6,771 nt of DNA from a virus (lineage: Duplodnaviria; Heunggongvirae; Uroviricota; Caudoviricetes): IMG/VR virus record IMGVR_UViG_2778261503_000003, positions 1 to 6,771 of that record. The stretch is one strand, 5' to 3'. The notes beneath the pieces were generated by a model. It did not search any database and had not been told where the DNA came from. It saw only the letters and a program-made list of their open reading frames with translations. Numbering within the stretch: the first letter of the stretch is position 1; each line of letters starts with the position of its first letter. A program made the translations under genes and the position numbers. Below are positions 1 through 5,707 of this stretch, piece after piece.

Positions 1-77
1 AGCTGATAGAAACAGAAGCCACTGGAGCACCTCAAAAACACCATCATACACTAAATCAGTAAGTTGGCAGCATCACC
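1..77 (-). mobile_element. IS1 terminal fragment: inverted-repeat end plus the first codons of insA; the element continues beyond the window start
   Basis: Reverse complement of 1-77 reads GGTGATGCTGCCAACTTACTGATTTAGTGTATGATGGTGTTTTTGAGGTGCTCCAGTGGCTTCTGTTTCTATCAGCT, which I recognise as the IS1 left end; the insA GTG start lies at 22 on the minus strand (GTG GCT TCT GTT TCT ATC AGC = M A S V S I S). The match stops abruptly after 77. Confidence 0.85.
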
Positions 78-529
78 TACGTTGTAAATGGTTACAGGTA
101 GCACTTTGTTATTGAGCATGATGCCTGTGTGAGTCAGTGTAAATATACTTTCAGGAGGTAAGAAAGCATCCGATTGATACCAGATTATTAATTTTATTTT
201 ACTCCATATGACTGAAAAAGATATTCCGCATGATGGCTGGATAACTGTATCAATCACAATCCACTTCATTTGGTTTCCTTGTTTATGCCTTGCTGGTGAT
301 GTCCTGAAAAGTATAAATGATATTTTTGAATGTAAACCATAGAGCAGAATTATTTTTCTGATGTTGTTTATTGTTTATTTAAATGCAGGGTGGTTTATAT
401 CTCGTCTTGTAGTTTATCCATGCATATCTGCTTGATAATCAGGTTTTTATTTAAGGTATAGTTTTGTGTTTTTTCTGTATTACATGTCAGGTATTTTAAA
501 GAATTATTTTTCAGATAGTGGAAAGAACC

Positions 530-718
530 ATGGCATTTAAACACTATGATGTTGTCAGGGCGGCGCCGCCGTCAGATCTTGCGGAAAAGCTGACACATAA
601 ACTGAAAGAGGGCTGGCAGCCGTTTGGTAGTCCGGTGGCCATAACCCCTTATACCCTGATGCAGGCGATTGCAGCAGAAGGTGATGTGGTGGTCAGTGGT
701 GCAACTGAGCCGGAGTGA
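530..718 (+). CDS. Small conserved lambdoid late-region protein, 62 aa, possibly DUF1737-like
   Basis: ORF track 518..718; the first ATG is at 530 (MAFKHYDVV...), preceded by GGAAAG. Soluble, with a ...EGWQPFGSPVA... motif that resembles small phage DUF1737 proteins as I remember them. The family label is uncertain. Confidence 0.55.
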   Translation: MAFKHYDVVRAAPPSDLAEKLTHKLKEGWQPFGSPVAITPYTLMQAIAAEGDVVVSGATEPE

Positions 719-762
719 TACTACGTCATCGTACTGGCCCGGCATTCCAGGCCATAAAAGAC

Positions 763-862
763 AGTCTGGCAGTGGGACTAAATGCACTGACGCTGACGGA
801 TATTACCAAAAATGCAACGTATGGCGTTGAGATAGAAAGTCTGGCGCTGGAGATAAATGCAC
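763..862 (+). repeat. Imperfect 25-bp direct repeat, two copies (763-787 and 838-862), 75 bp apart
   Basis: AGTCTGGCAGTGGGACTAAATGCAC versus AGTCTGGCGCTGGAGATAAATGCAC, 20 of 25 identical; both share the TAAATGCAC core. Confidence 0.5.
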
Positions 863-959
863 CGGCATCATCATAAAAAGTGAGCCAGTCAAATGGAAGG
901 TATCGTTAAACTCACCGGTAGTGTCAGTGGGTCGTCTGAGACGCTTGCATGAGTTATCA

Positions 960-992
960 GAGCCATCAGTAGTTAACTGGTGGCTTTTTTAT
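960..992 (+). terminator. Intrinsic-terminator-like hairpin and T-tract about 35 bp upstream of the holin start; candidate late terminator (tR'-like)
   Basis: Stem 960-969 (GAGCCATCAG) pairs with 977-986 (CTGGTGGCTT) with two G-U wobbles, 7-nt loop, followed by a run of six T. Confidence 0.45.
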
Positions 993-1025
993 TGTTGTCA
1001 GCTTCCGGATAACGGGAGACGGGGT

Positions 1026-1241
1026 ATGGACCAGATGGAAAAAATCACAACAGGTGTGTCATACACCACGTCAGCGGTGGGAACGGGCTACTGGTTCCTG
1101 CAGTTGCTGGACAGGGTTTCCCCGTCTCAGTGGGCGGCAATAGGCGTGCTGGGAAGTCTGCTGTTTGGGCTGCTGACATATCTGACTAACCTGTATTTCA
1201 AAATCAGAGAGGACCGTCGTAAGGCGGCACGGGGAGAGTAA
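1026..1241 (+). CDS. S: Class II holin (pinholin, phage 21 S-like), 71 aa, with dual-start motif
   Basis: [71 protein letters not shown] is near-identical in pattern to S21/EssD as remembered. Two TMDs, the first weakly hydrophobic; Met1 and Met4 give the antiholin/holin dual start; basic C-terminus. The GTG-initiated extension from 921 is rejected. Confidence 0.9.
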   Translation: MDQMEKITTGVSYTTSAVGTGYWFLQLLDRVSPSQWAAIGVLGSLLFGLLTYLTNLYFKIREDRRKAARGE

Positions 1242-1245
1242 TTCA

Positions 1246-1590
1246 ATGACTCAAAACTATGAACTGATTGTGAAAGGGATCCGCAATTTTGAGAATACAG
1301 TTACGGTAACTTTAGCGTTACGGGACAAAAAACGCTTTGACGGTGAAATTTTAGACCTGGACATCTCGCTGGACCGTGTTGAAGGTGCCGCGCTGGAGTT
1401 TTATGAGGCAGCAGCCAGAAGGAGCATCAGACAGGTCTTCCTGGATGTTGCTGCCGGGTTATGTGAAGGGGATGAGCAGTCACCGGAAAAGCGCCCCATA
1501 ATTTTAGAGGCGCAGGGTGTGTGGATAACCTACAAAGGAAAACTGCCGGGAAGAATTACTGGTTCACTGAAGACTCCGCCGAAATGGTAA
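1246..1590 (+). CDS. Hypothetical 114-aa soluble protein between holin and endolysin
   Basis: ATG at 1246 lies 5 nt after the holin stop, with GGGGAGAG upstream. No TM segment. No confident family recognition; may correspond to the ydfR-position gene of Qin-type prophages. Confidence 0.55.
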   Translation: MTQNYELIVKGIRNFENTVTVTLALRDKKRFDGEILDLDISLDRVEGAALEFYEAAARRSIRQVFLDVAAGLCEGDEQSPEKRPIILEAQGVWITYKGKLPGRITGSLKTPPKW

Positions 1591-1828
1591 TTTCACCAGC
1601 ATATTTTTCTTCCAGTAATACCGCCAGCCACTTGAAAGAATTTTGTTGTTGCTGGGACCATTTGGGGTTGAGTGATTCAAGCTGGAGCGATGCCAGTGTT
1701 GGTTGCATTTGTTCCTTGGGAATTGAGAATGCCAGATATGAAAATGCGACAGTAAGGGCATTTACATCATCCCGAAGCTTGGAAATGCAGTCGAGCAACT
1801 CCTGTAGAGAAATGGTGCTATTGTCCAT
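1556..1828 (-). CDS. Hypothetical 90-aa protein encoded antisense to the lysis operon
   Basis: Minus-strand ATG at 1828 is preceded by AGAGAGGATTGTTT (GAGG with 7-nt spacing). A candidate -10 TACAAT (plus 1843-1848) and -35 TTGAAT (plus 1868-1873) lie upstream. The 3' end overlaps the 114-aa ORF by 35 bp. The alternative plus-frame ORF 1521..1853 is Cys/Ser-rich and does not look protein-like. Confidence 0.4.
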   Translation of the reverse strand: MDNSTISLQELLDCISKLRDDVNALTVAFSYLAFSIPKEQMQPTLASLQLESLNPKWSQQQQNSFKWLAVLLEEKYAGEITISAESSVNQ

Positions 1829-1933
1829 AAACAATCCTCTCTATTGTATTTAACTATTCCTTGCCTGATTCAACAGGCCGGGACAGATAAACATATCCAG
1901 GGTTCAGAAACCGATAAATCCTGATAAATATCC

Positions 1934-2467
1934 ATGAACGCAAAAATCAGATACGGCCTGTCGGCTGCCGTTCTGGCACTGATTGCCGTCGGTGCGCCTG
2001 CGCCTGATATTCTCGACCAGTTTCTGGATGAAAAAGAAGGTAACCACACAACGGCATACCGCGATGGTTCCGGTATATGGACCATCTGTCGTGGTGCCAC
2101 AATGGTGGATGGTAAGCCCGTCATACCGGGAATGAGGCTGTCGAAGGAAAAATGCGACCAGGTTAACGCTATTGAACGTGATAAGGCGCTGGCATGGGTG
2201 GAGCGCAATATTAAAGTACCACTGACCGAACCACAGAAAGCGGGTATAGCGTCATTCTGTCCCTATAACATTGGCCCCGGTAAGTGTTTCCCGTCGACGT
2301 TTTATAAGCGGCTGAATGCCGGTGATCGTAAGGGCGCATGCGAGGCGATTCGCTGGTGGATAAAAGATGGTGGGCGCGATTGCCGCATACGTTCAAATAA
2401 CTGCTATGGACAGGTTATTCGTCGTGACCAGGAAAGCGCATTAGCCTGTTGGGGGATAGATCAGTGA
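1934..2467 (+). CDS. R: SAR endolysin (T4-lysozyme-like, GH24 family)
   Basis: N-terminal Gly/Ala-rich weakly hydrophobic segment ([17 protein letters not shown]), as in signal-anchor-release endolysins. Catalytic E-x8-D-x5-T arrangement in [16 protein letters not shown]. The stop overlaps the Rz start (GTGA). Confidence 0.9.
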   Translation: MNAKIRYGLSAAVLALIAVGAPAPDILDQFLDEKEGNHTTAYRDGSGIWTICRGATMVDGKPVIPGMRLSKEKCDQVNAIERDKALAWVERNIKVPLTEPQKAGIASFCPYNIGPGKCFPSTFYKRLNAGDRKGACEAIRWWIKDGGRDCRIRSNNCYGQVIRRDQESALACWGIDQ

Positions 2468-2931
2468 GCAGAGTCGCAGCGATTATTTATACTCTGGTTA
2501 TCTGCACCATCGTCTGCCTGTCATGGGCTGTTAATCATTACCGCGATAACGCCATTACCTACAAAGCCCAGCGCGACAAAAATGTCAGAGAACTGAAGCT
2601 GGCGAACGCGGCAATTACTGACATGCAGATGCGTCAGCGTGATGTTGCTGCGCTCGATGCAAAATACACGAAGGAGTTAGCTGATGCGAAAGCTGAAAAT
2701 GATGCTCTTCTGCGGAAGCTTGATAATGGTGGCAGGGTGCTCGTCAAAGGAAAATGCCCTGTGCCATCCTCAGCCGAAACCTCCAGCGCCTCCGGCATGG
2801 GCAATGATGCCACCGTCGAACTCTCTCCAGTTGCTGGACGAAACGTTCTCGATATCCGGGACGGAATTATCCGCGACCAAACAGCACTGAGAACGCTTCA
2901 GGAATACATTAGGACGCAATGCCTTCGATGA
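2464..2931 (+). CDS. Rz: Rz i-spanin
   Basis: From GTG 2464: [40 protein letters not shown]..., N-terminal TM then coiled-coil region, strongly resembling lambda/DLP12 Rz as remembered. The ORF track start at 2449 is a TTG read-back. Confidence 0.85.
   Translation: MSRVAAIIYTLVICTIVCLSWAVNHYRDNAITYKAQRDKNVRELKLANAAITDMQMRQRDVAALDAKYTKELADAKAENDALLRKLDNGGRVLVKGKCPVPSSAETSSASGMGNDATVELSPVAGRNVLDIRDGIIRDQTALRTLQEYIRTQCLR
2684..2890 (+). CDS. Rz1: Rz1 o-spanin lipoprotein, embedded in the +1 frame of Rz
   Basis: Strong SD AAGGAG 7 nt before ATG 2684; signal peptide with lipobox VAGC; proline-rich mature part ([11 protein letters not shown]); entirely inside Rz. Confidence 0.8.
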   Translation: MRKLKMMLFCGSLIMVAGCSSKENALCHPQPKPPAPPAWAMMPPSNSLQLLDETFSISGTELSATKQH

Positions 2932-3105
2932 TAGCAATAATTTTACTCATCATCCTTCACATCTGGCTCTGTAGACAGGGTGGTGATCACTTCTGGAGTA
3001 AATCCAGATTAAACATCTCATTGCTGATGCTTGATATTGAGCATCTGGCGCGCAGTAAGGGGCTGCGTTGAGATAAGAGCCAGTTCATTACAAATACCAG
3101 GATTT

Positions 3106-3131
3106 AGCCTCGCATTCGCGGGGCTTTTTAT
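3106..3131 (+). terminator. Rho-independent terminator downstream of Rz/Rz1
   Basis: GC-rich 8-bp stem (AGCCTCGC / GCGGGGCT), 4-nt loop ATTC, followed by TTTTTAT. Confidence 0.6.
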
Positions 3132-3139
3132 ATCTGAAT

Positions 3140-3167
3140 TTCACAGCGCATCTCACGCGCATATTAA
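3140..3167 (+). promoter_or_regulatory. Candidate sigma70 promoter for the Rha gene
   Basis: TTCACA (3140-3145), 16-bp spacer, TATTAA (3162-3167), directly after the terminator. The spacer holds a GCGCAT direct repeat (3146-3151 and 3157-3162). Confidence 0.3.
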
Positions 3168-3273
3168 CGAGAGCCTTTCAGTAAGCGAGCCTGAGAAATG
3201 CCGTTATAGGTGGCGACCTCTCTCGGGCGGCTTTTCTGTGAGACAGGCTCACTTTCTAAAAGGTAAAGACGCT

Positions 3274-3798
3274 ATGAATAATCATTCAGTTATTCCAGCC
3301 TTCGACTTCCGAGAAATGGTGCAAGCCAAAAACGGAGAGGTCGTTACCACATCCAGAAAAATTGCCAAGTACTTCGGCAAGCGACACGGTGATGTTCTCA
3401 GGAAAATCGAGCAGGTTAAGGCTGATTGCTCGCGTGAGTTTAGCCAACGCAATTTTGCGTCGGCTGATTATATCGATGAGCAGGGCAAGGTTCGCCCGAT
3501 GTACAGCCTGACGAAAGATGGCTGGATCATGGTTGTGATGGGGTTCACCGGGAAAGCTGCTGCGGCAATCAAGGAGAGCTATATCGCAGCATTCAACTGG
3601 ATGGCAGAGCAACTGAGCCGCCGCATGGCAATTGGCGAAGAAATGCAGCACCGCTACGCCACCAAAGAAACACGCTCAAAGCTGAAAGGTACGATCGGCA
3701 GTCGGTTAATGAACGAACGGAAGAAAGAGAAGCGTGTCCTGGCTGTCGAGCATGAATACATCTTGCAGGTGACACAGCCTGAACTGCTGATTAATTGA
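3274..3798 (+). CDS. rha: Rha-family phage regulatory protein
   Basis: MNNHSVIPAF...TSRKIAKYFGKRHGDVLRKIEQ...MYSLTKDGWIMVVMGFTGKAAAAIKESYIAAFNWMAEQL matches the Rha domain pattern as I remember it. The only in-frame ATG is 3274, with AGGT 9 nt upstream; the 3031 extension runs through a terminator and is rejected. Confidence 0.8.
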   Translation: MNNHSVIPAFDFREMVQAKNGEVVTTSRKIAKYFGKRHGDVLRKIEQVKADCSREFSQRNFASADYIDEQGKVRPMYSLTKDGWIMVVMGFTGKAAAAIKESYIAAFNWMAEQLSRRMAIGEEMQHRYATKETRSKLKGTIGSRLMNERKKEKRVLAVEHEYILQVTQPELLIN

Positions 3799-3854
3799 AG
3801 ATGTCATTACAAAGCCTATCTACGGGGGGATTGATAATGGCTTATACCCTGCAC

Positions 3855-3880
3855 GGGATAACTTAACTGATATCCCTTTT
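3855..3880 (+). terminator. Weak terminator-like hairpin downstream of rha
   Basis: GGGATA (3855-3860), 10-nt loop, TATCCC (3871-3876), then TTTT (3877-3880). Confidence 0.3.
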
Positions 3881-3930
3881 AACGGATAAAGGTATTCAAG
3901 CCTGACACATCATGCGCTGTATCGTCGCCG

Positions 3931-3995
3931 TATTCCCGCATTAACCATGACCGTAGCCCGACGGGGAATTCCTTCTGCGTGAGTGTGCGGGAATA
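3931..3995. repeat. Perfect 10-bp inverted repeat (TATTCCCGCA / TGCGGGAATA) flanking a 45-bp spacer
   Basis: 3931-3940 and 3986-3995 are exact reverse complements; the spacer contains GAATTCC and G/C-rich CCCGACGGGG. Confidence 0.5.
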
Positions 3996-4100
3996 ATCAA
4001 AAACGATGCACACCGGGTTATTAACGCGTCAACTGAACGCGGGGTTGCTCTTCATGTCAGCCAGTCCGGTGCAGGGGTAGAAGAAACCGGACGTTATGGT

Positions 4101-4511
4101 TTAGTGTGGAAACATTTGTGATGTGCTCTGTATGTTTTCAGTAAAGAGTAATGAATTATCAAAGGTATAGTAATATCTTTTTTGTTCGTGGATATTTGTA
4201 ACCCACCGAAAAACTCCTGCTTTAGCAAGGTTTCTTCTGTATTCCTGAAATGTGATCTCTCTGGATTTCAGCTTATTAGAGGTCGTTTCTATAAGATGCC
4301 TATCCTTTGAAAATTTGACAGACACAATGTTTTTTAGGCCCTTTAATAACACTGTATTATCATTTTTTAATACAATATGAACATTCTCTGTGGCTAAATA
4401 GTAAATGTAATGTGAGACATTGTGACGTTTTAGCTCAGAATAAAACCATTGATAGTTTAAATCGTTTCGAACTTTATCAAATATTTGTTTAAAAATGACT
4501 ACCTGATCCAT
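4101..4511 (-). CDS. DUF1398-like protein (YdfO/YbcV-like), 136 aa, AT-rich gene
   Basis: ORF track 4101..4526; the internal ATG at 4511 (MDQVVIFKQ...) has the better SD (GAAGG, 7-nt spacing), while the 4526 ATG has none. Size and position between lysis genes and terminase match the ydfO/ybcV morons of Qin and DLP12. The family label is from memory. Confidence 0.6.
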   Translation of the reverse strand: MDQVVIFKQIFDKVRNDLNYQWFYSELKRHNVSHYIYYLATENVHIVLKNDNTVLLKGLKNIVSVKFSKDRHLIETTSNKLKSREITFQEYRRNLAKAGVFRWVTNIHEQKRYYYTFDNSLLFTENIQSTSQMFPH

Positions 4512-4568
4512 AGATAAACCTTCCATGTGATATGAGGGGGCGTAGTCTGCACGATTATCTAAATTGCT

Positions 4569-4802
4569 TCAATCTGGTCTGACCTGTTTTCTGAGCAATT
4601 CAGTAATGTCACTCTTTTCTTTGTTTGCTTCAGGAGAAACTCTTTTTTCTGAGCACAGTCTCCGGCGGCAGGCTTCAATGACCCAGGCTGAGAAATTCCC
4701 GGACCCTTTTTGATCAAGAGCGATGTTAATTTGTTCAATCATTTGGTTAGGAAAGCGGATGTTGCGGGTTGTTGTTCTGCGGGTTTTGTTCTTCGTTGAC
4801 AT
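4569..4802 (-). CDS. Small ribbon-helix-helix-like protein (YnfO/YlcI-like), 77 aa
   Basis: Basic N-terminus then RNIRFPNQMIEQINIAL...GSGNFSAWVIEACRRRL, which looks like a strand-helix-loop-helix RHH pattern. It lies 57 bp upstream of, and on the same strand as, the DUF1398-like gene. Confidence 0.6.
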   Translation of the reverse strand: MSTKNKTRRTTTRNIRFPNQMIEQINIALDQKGSGNFSAWVIEACRRRLCSEKRVSPEANKEKSDITELLRKQVRPD

Positions 4803-5001
4803 GAGGTTGCCCCGTATTCAGTGTCGCTGATTTGTATTGTCTGAAGTTGTTTTTACGTTAAGTTGATGCAGATCAATTAATACGATACCTGCGTCATAAT
4901 TGATTATTTGACGTGGTTTGATGGCGTAGATGCACGTTGTGACATATAGATGATAATTATTATCATTTTGCGGGTCCTTTCCGGCGATCCGACAGGTTAC
5001 G

Positions 5002-5013
5002 GGGCGGCGACCT
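5002..5013. other. cosN: 12-nt cohesive-end site GGGCGGCGACCT, flanked by lambda-like cosQ-side and cosB-side sequence
   Basis: 4966-5048 reads TTTTGCGGGTCCTTTCCGGCGATCCGACAGGTTACG|GGGCGGCGACCT|CGCGGGTTTTCGCTATTTATGAAAATTTTCCGG, which I recognise as the lambda right end, cohesive end and first bases of the left end. The Nu1 start is 195 bp downstream, as in lambda. Confidence 0.85.
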
Positions 5014-5039
5014 CGCGGGTTTTCGCTATTTATGAAAAT

Positions 5040-5160
5040 TTTCCGGGAACCATGTCCGGTTTCTCTTCAAGTTAACTATATGAAAAATAAAAAAAGAGGT
5101 CTTCTGTGAACCGGGCATGCACAAAAAATAGACATGTAAGCCGGACATGACCGGTTTTGT
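5040..5160 (+). promoter_or_regulatory. cosB-like region with a repeated CCGG(A/G)CATG motif; putative terminase small-subunit binding sites
   Basis: CATGTCCGG (5051-5059), its reverse complement CCGGACATG (5141-5149), and a near copy CCGGGCATG (5111-5119), with AT-rich stretches between them. Confidence 0.45.
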
Positions 5161-5196
5161 TGTGATTGTGAAGTGAGAGTTTTTGCGAGGTGAGGA

Positions 5197-5706
5197 GTGG
5201 CTACGCAGACTGAAGTTGCCAGGCATTTAAGTCTGACCGATCGCCAGCTTCGCAGATTGCAGAAATTGCCGGGTGCCCCGATATCGAATAAGCGAGGGCA
5301 ACTGGATCTGGATGCCTGGCGCGATTTTTACATATCGTATCTGAGAAGAAGTAAAAACGATGTGCCTGATGGCGATAGCGAAGACGACTATGAGGAGAAA
5401 TTGCTTATTGCCAGATGGGAACTGACAGCAGAACAGGCTGTTACACAGCAGTTAAAAAATGAGGTGTCAAAAGGAAAACTTATTGATACCGGGTTCTGTA
5501 TTTTTGCTCTCAGCAAGCTGGCAATGGCGTTATCCAGTACGCTTGATTCCATCCCTTTATCCATGCAGCGACAGTTTCCTGATTTAACACCGCGCCATCT
5601 TGACCATCTGAAAACCCTTATTGCGAAGGGGGCAAATCAGTGTGCGCGGGCGGGGGATAAATTACCGGATTTACTCGATGAATATATCAGAGCAACAACT
5701 GAATAA
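5197..5706 (+). CDS. nu1: Terminase small subunit (Nu1-like)
   Basis: GTG start with GAGG 7 nt upstream; N-terminal HTH-like TQTEVARHLSLTDRQLRRL; C-terminal half (TGFCIFALSKLAMALSSTLDSIPLSMQRQFPDLTPRHLDHLK...LLDEYI) closely parallels lambda Nu1 as remembered. Confidence 0.9.
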   Translation: MATQTEVARHLSLTDRQLRRLQKLPGAPISNKRGQLDLDAWRDFYISYLRRSKNDVPDGDSEDDYEEKLLIARWELTAEQAVTQQLKNEVSKGKLIDTGFCIFALSKLAMALSSTLDSIPLSMQRQFPDLTPRHLDHLKTLIAKGANQCARAGDKLPDLLDEYIRATTE

Positions 5707-5707
5707 T

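Noticed and set aside
51-269. Minus-strand 72-aa ORF as an intact gene
   Set aside because: Its last 9 codons and stop lie inside the IS1 terminus, so as drawn it is a chimera; only the 78-269 portion could be a remnant of a real gene, listed as a low-interest finding.
572-787. Minus-strand 71-aa ORF opposite the small late-region protein
   Set aside because: Shadow ORF with Cys/His-rich, non-protein-like translation and no start context.
921-1025. N-terminal extension of the holin ORF (ORF track 921..1241, GTG-initiated)
   Set aside because: The extension runs through the terminator-like hairpin at 960-992 and adds no resemblance to holins; the dual-start ATGs at 1026/1035 with an upstream SD fit a 71-aa pinholin.
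1521-1853. Plus-strand 110-aa ORF and minus-strand 65-aa ORF (1564..1761) in the holin-endolysin insert
   Set aside because: The 110-aa translation is Cys/Ser-rich (CCCW, SDSSWSDAS) with no start context; the 65-aa ORF is nested in another frame of the better-supported 1556..1828 minus-strand gene.
1870-2396. Minus-strand ORFs 1870..2208 and 2211..2396
   Set aside because: Antisense to the well-supported SAR endolysin; no SD and implausible composition.
3031-3273. N-terminal extension of the Rha ORF (ORF track 3031..3798)
   Set aside because: It begins at a non-ATG codon, crosses the strong terminator at 3106-3131 and the candidate promoter, and its translation is low-complexity; the only in-frame ATG is 3274.
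3286-3775. Minus-strand ORFs 3286..3651 and 3593..3775
   Set aside because: Antisense shadows of the rha gene.
4063-4091. Hairpin GTCCGGT...ACCGGAC as a terminator for the leftward DUF1398-like gene
   Set aside because: A 7-bp stem with a 15-nt loop and no T-tract on either strand; not convincing as an intrinsic terminator.
5026-5226. Minus-strand 66-aa ORF across cosB and the nu1 start
   Set aside because: It overlaps the cosB repeat region and the nu1 start, and its translation is low-complexity; the region is better explained as cos regulatory DNA.
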